DNA of 44,280 bases from Deltaproteobacteria bacterium (lineage in GTDB: Bacteria > Myxococcota_A > UBA9042 > DTJE01), in contig JBBIPO010000008.1 of the NCBI GenBank assembly GCA_037442805.1, positions 1 to 44,280 on the forward strand, written 5' to 3'. A program made the position numbers and the translations under genes. Under the pieces are notes generated by a model. It had not been told where the DNA came from, ran no database searches, and saw only the letters and a program-made list of their open reading frames with translations. This document shows positions 29,226 through 37,707 of the stretch, in pieces. Position 1 is the stretch's first letter, and the number at the start of each line of letters is the position of its first letter.

Positions 29226-30539
29226 GTGAAACCGGTCGTGGCCATCGTAGGGCGGCCCAACGTGGGCAAGTCCACACTGTTCAACCGCATCGTGGGCCGT
29301 CGCGCGGCCCTCGTCGCGGACGTGCCCGGCGTGACCCGGGATCGCCACTACGCCGAAGCCGAGCATGCGGGACGCGCTCTCGTGGTCGTGGATACCGGGG
29401 GATTCGATCCGGACGCGCGCGACGGAATACTGGCCCTGATGAAGCGCCAGGTCGCGCTCGCGATCGAGGAAGCGGACGCGCTCGTGGTGGTCGTGGACGG
29501 GCGGGAGGGGCTCACGCCCCTGGACGAGGCCGTGTGGTCCGTGGTTCGCGCCGGATCCAGGCCCGCGTACCTCGCGGTCAACAAAGTGGACCGCCCGGAC
29601 ATGACCCCGCTCTGCGCGGACTTTTTCGGCCTCGGGGTGGGCGAGGTCTTTCCGGTCAGCGCCGAGAACGGCGGGGGCGTGGCGGAGTTGCTGGACCGGC
29701 TCGTCGCGGACCTTGCGGCGCCCGTGGCGGGGGACGAGTCCGACGACGAGTCGGCAGGTCCGGTCCGCATCGCCGTGGTCGGCCGTCCCAACGTGGGCAA
29801 GTCCACGTTCGCCAACGCCCTGCTCGGGCGGGAGCGCTTCCTGACCTCGGACGTGCCGGGGACCACGCGGGACTCGGTGGACGCCCGCCTGCGGCGCGGG
29901 GACCGCGAGTACGTGCTCGTGGACACCGCGGGGATCCGGCGCCGCCGGGCCGTCGAGCCTGGCCTCGAACGGATGAGCGTGGCCCGCGCGGTCCAGGCCA
30001 TGGAGCGCAGCCACGTGGTCGCGTTGGTGATGGACGCCTCGGAGGGGGTGACGGACCAGGACAAGCGGCTCGCGGCGCTCGCGATCGAGCGCGGTCGCGG
30101 GATCATCCTGCTGGTCAACAAGTGGGACCTCGTCGAGAAGGTCCCCAGGGTCGGGGACGAGTACCAGCGCCGCCTGAGGGACGAGATGGCCTTCGCGTCG
30201 TTCGCCCCACGCCTGTTCGTGTCCGCCCGGACCGGTCGCAACGTCGCCCGCTTCTTGCCCCTGGTGGACCGCGTCCACGGCAACCTGTTTCGCCGCATCC
30301 CGACGCACGAGGTCAACCGCTTCTATCGCGAGGTGGTCCAGTCCCACCCGCCCACGGTCTCCGGCACCCGGACGGCACGCATCCGTTACCTGACCCAGGT
30401 CGAGGTCAACCCCCCGACGATCCTCCTGTTCCGGGGTGGCTCCGCCCCGATCAGCCCCTCGTACCTGCGCTTCCTCCAGAACGAGATGCGGGCGCGCTAC
30501 GACTTCGAGGGCGTCCCGATCCGGTTGATCCCGAGGTAA
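29226..30539 (+). CDS. der: ribosome biogenesis GTPase Der (EngA)
   Basis: Two G domains (GRPNVGKS x2, TRD, DTGG/DTAG, NKVD/NKWD) and a KH-like tail (YLTQ..NPPT, SYLRFL.N, FEGVPI). Confidence 0.97.
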   Translation: MKPVVAIVGRPNVGKSTLFNRIVGRRAALVADVPGVTRDRHYAEAEHAGRALVVVDTGGFDPDARDGILALMKRQVALAIEEADALVVVVDGREGLTPLDEAVWSVVRAGSRPAYLAVNKVDRPDMTPLCADFFGLGVGEVFPVSAENGGGVAELLDRLVADLAAPVAGDESDDESAGPVRIAVVGRPNVGKSTFANALLGRERFLTSDVPGTTRDSVDARLRRGDREYVLVDTAGIRRRRAVEPGLERMSVARAVQAMERSHVVALVMDASEGVTDQDKRLAALAIERGRGIILLVNKWDLVEKVPRVGDEYQRRLRDEMAFASFAPRLFVSARTGRNVARFLPLVDRVHGNLFRRIPTHEVNRFYREVVQSHPPTVSGTRTARIRYLTQVEVNPPTILLFRGGSAPISPSYLRFLQNEMRARYDFEGVPIRLIPR

Positions 30540-30593
30540 GGCTCGACGGTCCTGGCGCGGGGACCACCACGATGGGTTCGCCCGGTCGAGACC

Positions 30594-31661
30594 TTACGCG
30601 GGCTCTTGCAGCCCGAGGTCCGCGCGCCGCAACAGGACCGGGCCCGCGTCGAGCGTGCGGATCCAGTAGAGGTCCGCGGGCAAAGCGTTGTAGCGCGGGA
30701 GGTCCTCGGGGAGGGGCTCGCCGAAGGCCATGCGCAGGAGGTAGTAGGGCATGTTGCGTCCCGCGGCCGTGTAGAAGTGGTGGGTCGTCCCGAACCGACC
30801 CGCGTTCAACTCGGTCGGCAGGATGCGACCCTGGCCATCCCCCTTGAAGTCCACGAAGGCGACGCCGTGAAAGTGCGGGTCCACGGCCAAGACCGCGCGG
30901 TGCCCGAGTTCGTTCAGGTCGTCGCGATGAACCGTGTGACACACGGCGGGGGCACCGGTGATCCCGGACGGGCTCACATGCGGGATGACGTACAGGTCTC
31001 GCTGCCGTCCCTGGCTCGTGACCAGGTTGCCGTCGCGGAACAGGCCCATGAACGTCAAATTTTCGCCAGGCAGATATTCAGATGCAATGAACTTACCGAA
31101 TCCGTCGTGAAACGTGATCCAGCCGAGGGCCTCGATGGGCGAGCGGCATGGCAGGGCGGCCATGCCGATGCCCCGGCCCGGGATCCCCGCGCCCCGGAAC
31201 CAGATCGGCCGCGTCGAAATCTCGTCGAAGGCGCGAGAGATGTCCTCCGGCGTTTCGATCAGGAGGGTCTGGGGGACAGGAATGCCGGCCTCCCGCCAGC
31301 GCTGCCAGGTGAGCCACTTGCTGGCGGCGGTTTCCTGGGTCGCAAGCGACGGCACGAACATCGGGGCGCCGATCTCGTCCCGGTGGCGCGTCAGGACCAT
31401 CATCTCGACGCTGGAGTTGGGAAACACGAAGTTGAGCGAGAACCGGGCCACCAGGTCGCGGATCGCGGCGATGTAGGCCCCCTCGTCCGACGCGCGTGGG
31501 ACGCGGGCGCGCTCGTGCGTGAGGGCCAGGTGGATGTAATAGGGGCTCGCGTCGCACCCGACGGTGAAGATGGGCTCCGGGGCCTGCAGGAGGCCGCGGG
31601 TCAGGTTGACCGCGCCGGGGCCGCCGGCGCCGGGGACCAGGACGCGCTTGGGAACGGGCAT
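30594..31661 (-). CDS. ATP-grasp carboxylate-amine ligase (CarB/CPSase-like single module)
   Basis: N-terminal VLVPGAGG, ASKWLT...GIPVPQT, SEYLPG, VDFK, TELNAGRF; GGAGG SD before ATG 31661. Confidence 0.8.
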   Translation of the reverse strand: MPVPKRVLVPGAGGPGAVNLTRGLLQAPEPIFTVGCDASPYYIHLALTHERARVPRASDEGAYIAAIRDLVARFSLNFVFPNSSVEMMVLTRHRDEIGAPMFVPSLATQETAASKWLTWQRWREAGIPVPQTLLIETPEDISRAFDEISTRPIWFRGAGIPGRGIGMAALPCRSPIEALGWITFHDGFGKFIASEYLPGENLTFMGLFRDGNLVTSQGRQRDLYVIPHVSPSGITGAPAVCHTVHRDDLNELGHRAVLAVDPHFHGVAFVDFKGDGQGRILPTELNAGRFGTTHHFYTAAGRNMPYYLLRMAFGEPLPEDLPRYNALPADLYWIRTLDAGPVLLRRADLGLQEPA

Positions 31662-31674
31662 GGACGCCTCCATG

Positions 31675-31905
31675 TCAATACAGTTCAAAATATTTGCAGA
31701 AAACAAACTGACCGGACCGCTCCAGGAAACTGTCCGCGGCCATGAGGGTGTCATTGGGATAGCCGAGCGTGCAGACGGGGGGGGCCTCGGGCGTGGCCCG
31801 CGACCGCGCGTGCACGCAATCGGCGCATCGAAAGCGCAGTCGGAAGGCGTCGCGCTCGCGCCGGAAGCGGGCGACCTGTTCCGGGGTGGCGTCGTAGGGT
31901 TTCAC
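31675..31905 (-). CDS. small 4-Cys protein (76 aa), probably metal-binding
   Basis: GTGA overlap with the upstream stop; CADC...CTLGYP...FCKYFELY. Confidence 0.7.
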   Translation of the reverse strand: MKPYDATPEQVARFRRERDAFRLRFRCADCVHARSRATPEAPPVCTLGYPNDTLMAADSFLERSGQFVFCKYFELY

Positions 31906-32630
31906 GGGACCTCCAGGCACGAGACCCCGGCGGCCCCGAGCAGGCCGCGCAGGGCGTCTGCCTGGGGACCCTGCGCCGCACAGGCCCGGGATGACAGGGA
32001 GCGCGCTTCGCACACACGGGACGCGCGAACGAGGCAGTAGGCCCTGCCAAGGGCCGCCGTGGACGCGGGCGATGTCTCGGGGAGCAAGGCCAGGCAGAGG
32101 TCCGGGCTCCCCAAAGACGCGAACAGCACGCCCGCAGCCACGCGCGCGCTGTCGTCACCCGCCATCGCGGCCTCGAACAGGAGGTCCGCGGCCTCGCGTC
32201 CGCGTCCAGTCAGGCACAGGGAACGGGCCAGGGCATGACGGACCTCGGGGGGCGGCAGGAACCGGTCGTCGCCGGGCACCGCAAGGGGAGGAGAGCGGAA
32301 GAGAATCCGGGAGAGAACGGCCCCGATGCGCCGGGGCTCGCACGTCGCGGTCGAGAACACGGGGGCGAGGTCCGCCCGGACCCGGCCCCAGGCCCTCGCG
32401 AGGTCGCGGGCCGCCTCGCGGTATCTCCCGCGGCCGAACAGGCGCATCCCGTTCGCGTAGGGGCCGGCCTTCGCGTACCGCAGAAGAAACTCGGCGGCCG
32501 GAGCGGGGATGACGGAGCACTCCCCGGGCGGATCGGGGTCGGACGCGGGCGGGTCGGCCGGCCGCGCCGCGGCCCAGGACGTCCACGCGACGAGGGCGAC
32601 CCCGACGACCAGAAGGGACCGGCGGCTCAT
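31902..32630 (-). CDS. secreted hypothetical helical/TPR-like protein
   Basis: Signal peptide MSRRSLLVVGVALVAWTSWAAA; Ala/Leu-rich helices; TATAAT 7 nt upstream. Confidence 0.65.
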   Translation of the reverse strand: MSRRSLLVVGVALVAWTSWAAARPADPPASDPDPPGECSVIPAPAAEFLLRYAKAGPYANGMRLFGRGRYREAARDLARAWGRVRADLAPVFSTATCEPRRIGAVLSRILFRSPPLAVPGDDRFLPPPEVRHALARSLCLTGRGREAADLLFEAAMAGDDSARVAAGVLFASLGSPDLCLALLPETSPASTAALGRAYCLVRASRVCEARSLSSRACAAQGPQADALRGLLGAAGVSCLEVP

Positions 32631-32637
32631 GCCCGGG

Positions 32638-32643
32638 ATTATA
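32638..32643 (-). promoter_or_regulatory. -10 element for a probable leaderless transcript
   Basis: The minus strand reads TATAAT-CCCGGGC-ATG with no SD. Confidence 0.55.
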
Positions 32644-33000
32644 GGCCGAGTCGGCGACGGACCCGTATCCCGCCGAAGTCGGGTGACGAAGCCCCGGGTC
32701 CCGAGCCGTTGTCGGGGCGGTGCGTCGTGGCCCGTCCTCCGAAAGTCGGGGTGGGGCGACGCCCGTCAAGCCCGGGAGCCCGCGCCTCGCGCGGGGACGA
32801 CGCCGGGTTCTCACCCAGTCGTGCAAGGGTGCGCCGCCTCGCGCTGGCGCCCCCTCGTCGAGCGACTCATCTGGCTGGCCGCCCAACCCTGGCTTCGACG
32901 CCTTCGCATCCATCGTTTCCGTGTATTTTCATCTATTCAAACTGTTCGACATGGACGGCCGCGAGTTCCTGGAACTGATGGCACGGACTGCGCTGGCGGG

Positions 33001-33762
33001 TCAGGAGGACGCGCCCCCGTGGGACCGGGCGGCCCAGAGCCTGCGTCGCAACATCCAGGCCAGGATGCGGACGCCGTCGTAGAACGAACGGAACCCGGAC
33101 CGACCGTGCCGCCGCCGATCCCGGGACACGGGGACCTCCACGATTCGCCCGCCGCGCAGGACCACCAGCGTGTTGATGTCGGCCTCGACTTCGTAGCGGA
33201 CCGAGTCCATCCGGTCCGGGTCTACGGCGTCGCGCCACAAGGCCCGGAAACCGGCCTGGGCGTCCGTGATGCGCTGCCCGTACAGGCGGTTGAAGGCCCA
33301 GGTCAAGAACCGGTTGCCCGCGTGGTGCAGACGGGTCACGGCCCCCTCCCGGAACACGCCGAGGAACCGCGACCCGATGACCATGTCCACGTCCGGGGCC
33401 AGGGCCTCGATCAGGCGCGCGGCCTCGGCCGGGTCGTCCTGACCGTCCGCGTCGATCAGGAGCACGATGTCCGCGGTCGCGGCCCGCAACCCTGCCCTCA
33501 CTGCCGCGCCCTTGCCCTGGTGGCGCGGGAGCCGGACCACCCTGGCCCCGGCACCCTTCGCCGCCTCCCCGGTCGCGTCGGCCGAGCCGTCGTCCACGAC
33601 GACGACCTCGACCACGCCGGGGACGTGGGCGAAAAGCCCGCGCACGACCTCCGCGACGGTCCCGGCCTCGTTGAACGCGGCCACCACGCAGGACACCGAA
33701 CGCCCTCCCCGCGCCCCCCCCGCGAAAGTGGCCCCGGTCGTGAGATCCCACTCGAGACTCAT
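33001..33762 (-). CDS. GT2 glycosyltransferase (polyprenol-phosphate hexose synthase/DPM1-like)
   Basis: VAAFNEA, VVDDGSAD, GKGAAVRAG, DADGQ, VIGSRF, TDAQAGFRA; ATGA overlap with the msrA stop. Confidence 0.9.
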   Translation of the reverse strand: MSLEWDLTTGATFAGGARGGRSVSCVVAAFNEAGTVAEVVRGLFAHVPGVVEVVVVDDGSADATGEAAKGAGARVVRLPRHQGKGAAVRAGLRAATADIVLLIDADGQDDPAEAARLIEALAPDVDMVIGSRFLGVFREGAVTRLHHAGNRFLTWAFNRLYGQRITDAQAGFRALWRDAVDPDRMDSVRYEVEADINTLVVLRGGRIVEVPVSRDRRRHGRSGFRSFYDGVRILAWMLRRRLWAARSHGGASS

Positions 33763-34250
33763 CGGTCCTCGAATCGCGCGACCCGGACATGGCACTCGGG
33801 CTCGCCGCCCTTCTTGGCGAACCAGTCCTGGTGGTACTCCTCGGCGCGCCAAAAGCGGCCGGCCGGGGCGATCCGGGTCGCCACGTTCAGGCCTCGTTGT
33901 CGCAACAGCCCGATCAGGCGCTCGACGACCTTCCGCTCCGAGTCGTCCCGCACGAACGCGACCGAACGGTACTGCGGACCCACGTCCGGGCCTTGCCGAT
34001 CCACTTGGGTGGGGTCGTGGACCTCGAAAAAGAGCCGCGCGAGCGCCTCGTACGAGACGACCGTCGGGTCGTACACCACCCGCACCGTCTCCGCGTGACC
34101 GGTCCGGCCCGTGCACACCTGCTCGTAGGTGGGGGCCTCCACGTCGCCGCCCATGTACCCGGACTCCGCCAGGACCACGCCGGGCACTCGCTCGAAGTGG
34201 TACTCGACCCCCCAGAAGCACCCACCCGCGAAGAACGCCTCGAGCAGCAC
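33759..34250 (-). CDS. msrA: peptide methionine sulfoxide reductase MsrA
   Basis: GGCFWG, SGYMGG, TYEQVC.G.TGHAE, HDPTQ..RQGPDVG.QYRS, AEEYHQ. Confidence 0.96.
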   Translation of the reverse strand: MLLEAFFAGGCFWGVEYHFERVPGVVLAESGYMGGDVEAPTYEQVCTGRTGHAETVRVVYDPTVVSYEALARLFFEVHDPTQVDRQGPDVGPQYRSVAFVRDDSERKVVERLIGLLRQRGLNVATRIAPAGRFWRAEEYHQDWFAKKGGEPECHVRVARFEDR

Positions 34251-34253
34251 GGG

Positions 34254-34520
34254 TCATCCTCCAACCGGGCCGAGCCCCTGGCGGGCCTCGCGGGCCGCCC
34301 GGCAGAGCATCTCCCGCGTCTTGTCCGGCGGGACGTTGCGCATCCCCGCCCGGTCGCCCTCGAAACAGGAAAGGCAGCGGTGCTGGCACCGGATCGTGGT
34401 GTGGATCCTCCAGCGCGGCCAGTCCCACGGCAGCGGCTCGGCTTCCGCGTCACGCACGACGTCCAGACCCCGCAAGTCCCCGACCCCAGTGTACCGTTCT
34501 CGGGCGCAGGGCGCGATCAA
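34254..34520 (-). pseudogene. short ORF resembling only the N-terminus of a radical SAM protein
   Basis: IHTTIRCQHRCLSCF (CX3CX2C plus aromatic) at 34365-34388; the stop comes about 36 codons later. Confidence 0.45.
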
Positions 34521-34548
34521 ACGGATGACCGAGGCTTGTCTCGGGCGC

Positions 34549-34578
34549 TTGACGCCGGTTGTTCGGAACCCCTATCCT
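34549..34578 (+). promoter_or_regulatory. putative sigma70 promoter for ubiE/menG
   Basis: TTGACG, 18-bp spacer, TATCCT. Confidence 0.45.
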
Positions 34579-34776
34579 GCTCTCGGCACGGGAGAGTGGT
34601 CGTCGCGGACCTGGGCGGCCGCGCGCGCCTGTTCGAGGCCGGGCCGCGCGGGCCGTATTGGCTCGCGGCGTCGGCGAAGGTCTTGCGGCCCGCCGGGTCG
34701 CGTCGTCGGGCTGCGTGGTCTCCGCGGTGAAGCGGGCCGCGCGGTCCAAGCGCGACCGGTCCCGGCGGAGGCGAAC

Positions 34777-35466
34777 ATGAACCCCATCCGGGCGTTCTAC
34801 CAGGACATCGCACGGACATACGAGGTGGTCAACCACGTGCTGACGCTGGGGCTGGACGTGGTGTGGCGCCGGAAGGCCGCGCGATGGGCCGCCGAAGGCG
34901 GGGGCGGCGCGTGGCTCGACGTATGCAGCGGCACCGGCGAGATGGCGGTCCATCTGCGGGGGTTCGCCCCGCCCGGGACGCGCATCTGCGCTTCGGACTT
35001 CAGTCGCGAGATGCTGGCGATCGCGCGGTCGAAGCCGGAGGCGGCCGGCATCGAGTTCGTGGAGGCCGACGTCACGCGCCTGCCGTTCCGGGACGCCTCG
35101 TTCGACCTGGTCACGATCTCGTTCGCGGTGCGCAACATCGCCGTCACGCCCGAGCATTTCCGGGACGCGCTGCGCGAGTTCCGGCGGGTCCTGAAACCCG
35201 GTGGACGCTACGCAAGCGTCGAGACGAGCCGGCCACGATCCCGCGTGGTGCGGGGGGTGTACGATGCGCTCGTCCGCGCCGCGGTCGGGCCGATCGGACG
35301 GGCGATCTCGGGAGCCCGTGCCCCATACGCCTACCTGTCTCGCTCGATCCCGGAGTTCTTTGCGCCGGACGAGTACGCGGCCATCCTCCGGGAGGTCGGT
35401 TTCTCGCAAGTCGAGGTGCGCCCCCTGACCTTTGGCGTCGTCGCGATCCATCGGGCGGCGAGGTAG
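34777..35466 (+). CDS. ubiE: UbiE/MenG quinone C-methyltransferase
   Basis: IA..YE.VNHVLTLGLD..WR, LDVCSGTGE, DFS..ML, LPF.D.SFD, RVLKPGG, AYLSRSI..F; GGAGG SD. Confidence 0.9.
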   Translation: MNPIRAFYQDIARTYEVVNHVLTLGLDVVWRRKAARWAAEGGGGAWLDVCSGTGEMAVHLRGFAPPGTRICASDFSREMLAIARSKPEAAGIEFVEADVTRLPFRDASFDLVTISFAVRNIAVTPEHFRDALREFRRVLKPGGRYASVETSRPRSRVVRGVYDALVRAAVGPIGRAISGARAPYAYLSRSIPEFFAPDEYAAILREVGFSQVEVRPLTFGVVAIHRAAR

Positions 35467-35468
35467 CC

Positions 35469-35506
35469 CGAGACGCCGAAATCGCCGGCTGCCACGCGGC
35501 GTTTCG
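35469..35506. terminator. hairpin between convergent genes
   Basis: CGAGACGCCG ... CGGCGTTTCG can form a 10-bp stem (one G-U). Confidence 0.3.
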
Positions 35507-35537
35507 ACCCTCTCCGTGGGCCGCCCCGGAACTGCGG

Positions 35538-37691
35538 TCACGGGCCCGCGGGTCCGGCAAGCCCCCGAAGGCGTTCCTTCGCGAGGGTCTCCAGGTCCTG
35601 CCGTCCCGCGAACCCCGCGTATCGGGCGAGGGCCCTCCAAGCCCGCGCGTAGCCCGCGTCGAGCCGGACGGCGCGCTCCAGGCACGCGACCGCGTGGACG
35701 AGGTCCCCCGCGCCCGCGTGCAGGACCCCGAGGTTGTGCCAGGTGCGGGCGTCGTCTGGGTCCAGACCGAGGGCCGCCTCGGTGACGCGGATCGCGTCTG
35801 GGTCCAGGCCGGTCAGGGCGAGGTGCGCGCCGAGGAGCCGCACCCAGGCCCCCAGGAAGGAACGGCCCCAGCGCTCCGCGGAGGACCGCAGGGCCAGGGC
35901 CTGGCGCATCGCCTCGTCCGCGGCCTCCGCCACCCGGACGCGATCCGGGGTCTCCGCGACCCATCGGTACGCGGGGAACCCGGGCACGAGGTGCGATCGC
36001 ACGGCCCGGTCTGCCTCGCCGTCACCGACCTCCACGAAGAGGGGTCCACGACTCGCCAGGGCGGGCCAGAGCGCGACCTGGGCGGCCTCGGCGTCGGCCG
36101 GGTAGTCGGGGCCGAATGCGACGCGCAGGAGGTCGTCATCCGCGACCACGGCGCGCGAAGCCCGCACACGGCGCGCGACCGCGCGGGCATCGGCCAGGTG
36201 GGGCCGGACCAGGACCAGGACGTCGGGTCGCGCGCCCTCCACAGCCTGGGCCGCGATCAGGGCCGCGGAGAGGTCGTCGGAGGAGCTCAGGACGGACGAC
36301 AACGCCGGCGCCTCCTCGAGGAAGCCGGAGATCACCCGCCGCGGCACGGAGACGTCGCGGAGGTCCCTATCCGCCGGGCTCCACGCGAACTGGAACGCCA
36401 GGGCCGCCGCGACCACGCCCCCGATGAGCCAGCGGGTGCGCGTGGCCTGGTGCCACAGCCACACGGTCCCGGCGGCGGCCAGCACGGCCACGACCCAGAA
36501 CAGGGGCACCGAGGTCTGGAGGTCGTACAGGCCCATGGGGTTCACGAGGATCGCGAACGCCACGTCGCACGAGGCGACGGCGACGAGCCCGGCCCCGACC
36601 ACGGGGAGTCCGCGGACCAGGGTCGCGGCGCCCAGAAAGGCCAGGGGCCACACGAGCCCGGACGACCGCCAGAGGATCTCGCCCAGGAGGCGAACTCGGA
36701 CCTCGAGGACCGCACCGCTCACGGTCCCCATCTCCGCGGCGAAGGACCGGCGAATACGCTCGCCAGTGAGGTGCGCGACCAGCGCCTCCCACGAGGAGGG
36801 GTCACCCCAGTTCAGGAGCGGGTCGCGGCCCGCGGCCACGGGGAGGTACACCACGACCATCGCGCCCGTCGCCGCGGCGAGGGCCACGACCGCCAGGACG
36901 CGCGCGCCCAGACGACGGCCCAGGACCAGGGAGCACAGGACCAGAAAGACCATGCCCTCCAGGGGCCAGGTGACGTGCCCCCCTGCCCCGAGCCCCACCA
37001 GGAAGCCACCGGCCACCAGCCACCGGGCGTCCCCCCGCGCCACGGCCATCGTCCCGGCACCGATCGTGGCCGCGAGCCCCGCGGCCGACACCGCGTACAC
37101 CTCGGTGGTGACCGCGTGCAGCCAGGGTCCGGCGGCGGCAAGGAACGCCACGGGCCCGACCAGGAGCGGCGCGAATTCCGGGTGGTCTCCGTCCGGTCGC
37201 CCGTGCCGAAACGCGAGGACGGACACGACCCCCGCCAGGGTCGCGCCGGCCGCCATCGCCAGGGCAGACTCGAGATTGAGCCGGAAGAAGGCGGCTCCCG
37301 CGGGGAGGAGCGTCGCGGCCTTTCCGAGGAGGCAGACGAGGGGGAAGCCCGTTGGGTGAGGGACGCCGAGCCCGTGCGCCGCGGCCCCGACCTCGCCCGC
37401 GTCCTTGACCGTCAGGTCCGGCGCGCACAACCACGCGAGGGTGGCGGCGACGACGACCCAGGCCCATGCGGCGGCGCGCGGCAGCGGGGCGAGGGAACCG
37501 GGCGTGCGACCGCGCCGCCGCAGTCCGGCCTCGACCGCAACGAGCGCGGCCCCGACCACGGTCACACCCACCAGGGCGAGTCCCATCGCCGCGAACCAGC
37601 GGGGCGCTGCGAGCGCGACCAGCGCGACCAGGACGGGAACGACCACGAGGCTCGCGAGGACCTTGGGGGGCAGGGCCGTGAAGGGCCGCAT
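35538..37691 (-). CDS. DUF2723 / TMEM260-like GT-C membrane glycosyltransferase with C-terminal TPR
   Basis: Motif DAGEV..AAHGLGVPHPTGFPL, AVTTEVYA, YLP.....PLLNWGDP, about 12 TM helices, TPR (TWHNLGVLH...CLERAVRLD). Confidence 0.8.
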   Translation of the reverse strand: MRPFTALPPKVLASLVVVPVLVALVALAAPRWFAAMGLALVGVTVVGAALVAVEAGLRRRGRTPGSLAPLPRAAAWAWVVVAATLAWLCAPDLTVKDAGEVGAAAHGLGVPHPTGFPLVCLLGKAATLLPAGAAFFRLNLESALAMAAGATLAGVVSVLAFRHGRPDGDHPEFAPLLVGPVAFLAAAGPWLHAVTTEVYAVSAAGLAATIGAGTMAVARGDARWLVAGGFLVGLGAGGHVTWPLEGMVFLVLCSLVLGRRLGARVLAVVALAAATGAMVVVYLPVAAGRDPLLNWGDPSSWEALVAHLTGERIRRSFAAEMGTVSGAVLEVRVRLLGEILWRSSGLVWPLAFLGAATLVRGLPVVGAGLVAVASCDVAFAILVNPMGLYDLQTSVPLFWVVAVLAAAGTVWLWHQATRTRWLIGGVVAAALAFQFAWSPADRDLRDVSVPRRVISGFLEEAPALSSVLSSSDDLSAALIAAQAVEGARPDVLVLVRPHLADARAVARRVRASRAVVADDDLLRVAFGPDYPADAEAAQVALWPALASRGPLFVEVGDGEADRAVRSHLVPGFPAYRWVAETPDRVRVAEAADEAMRQALALRSSAERWGRSFLGAWVRLLGAHLALTGLDPDAIRVTEAALGLDPDDARTWHNLGVLHAGAGDLVHAVACLERAVRLDAGYARAWRALARYAGFAGRQDLETLAKERLRGLAGPAGP

Positions 37692-37707
37692 GAAAAGGTA
37701 CCGGGCC

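Noticed and set aside
34215-34256. Selenocysteine insertion at the UGA before msrA
   Set aside because: Only a weak downstream hairpin is present, the UGA is not at a catalytic Cys position, and msrA has its own SD and GTG.
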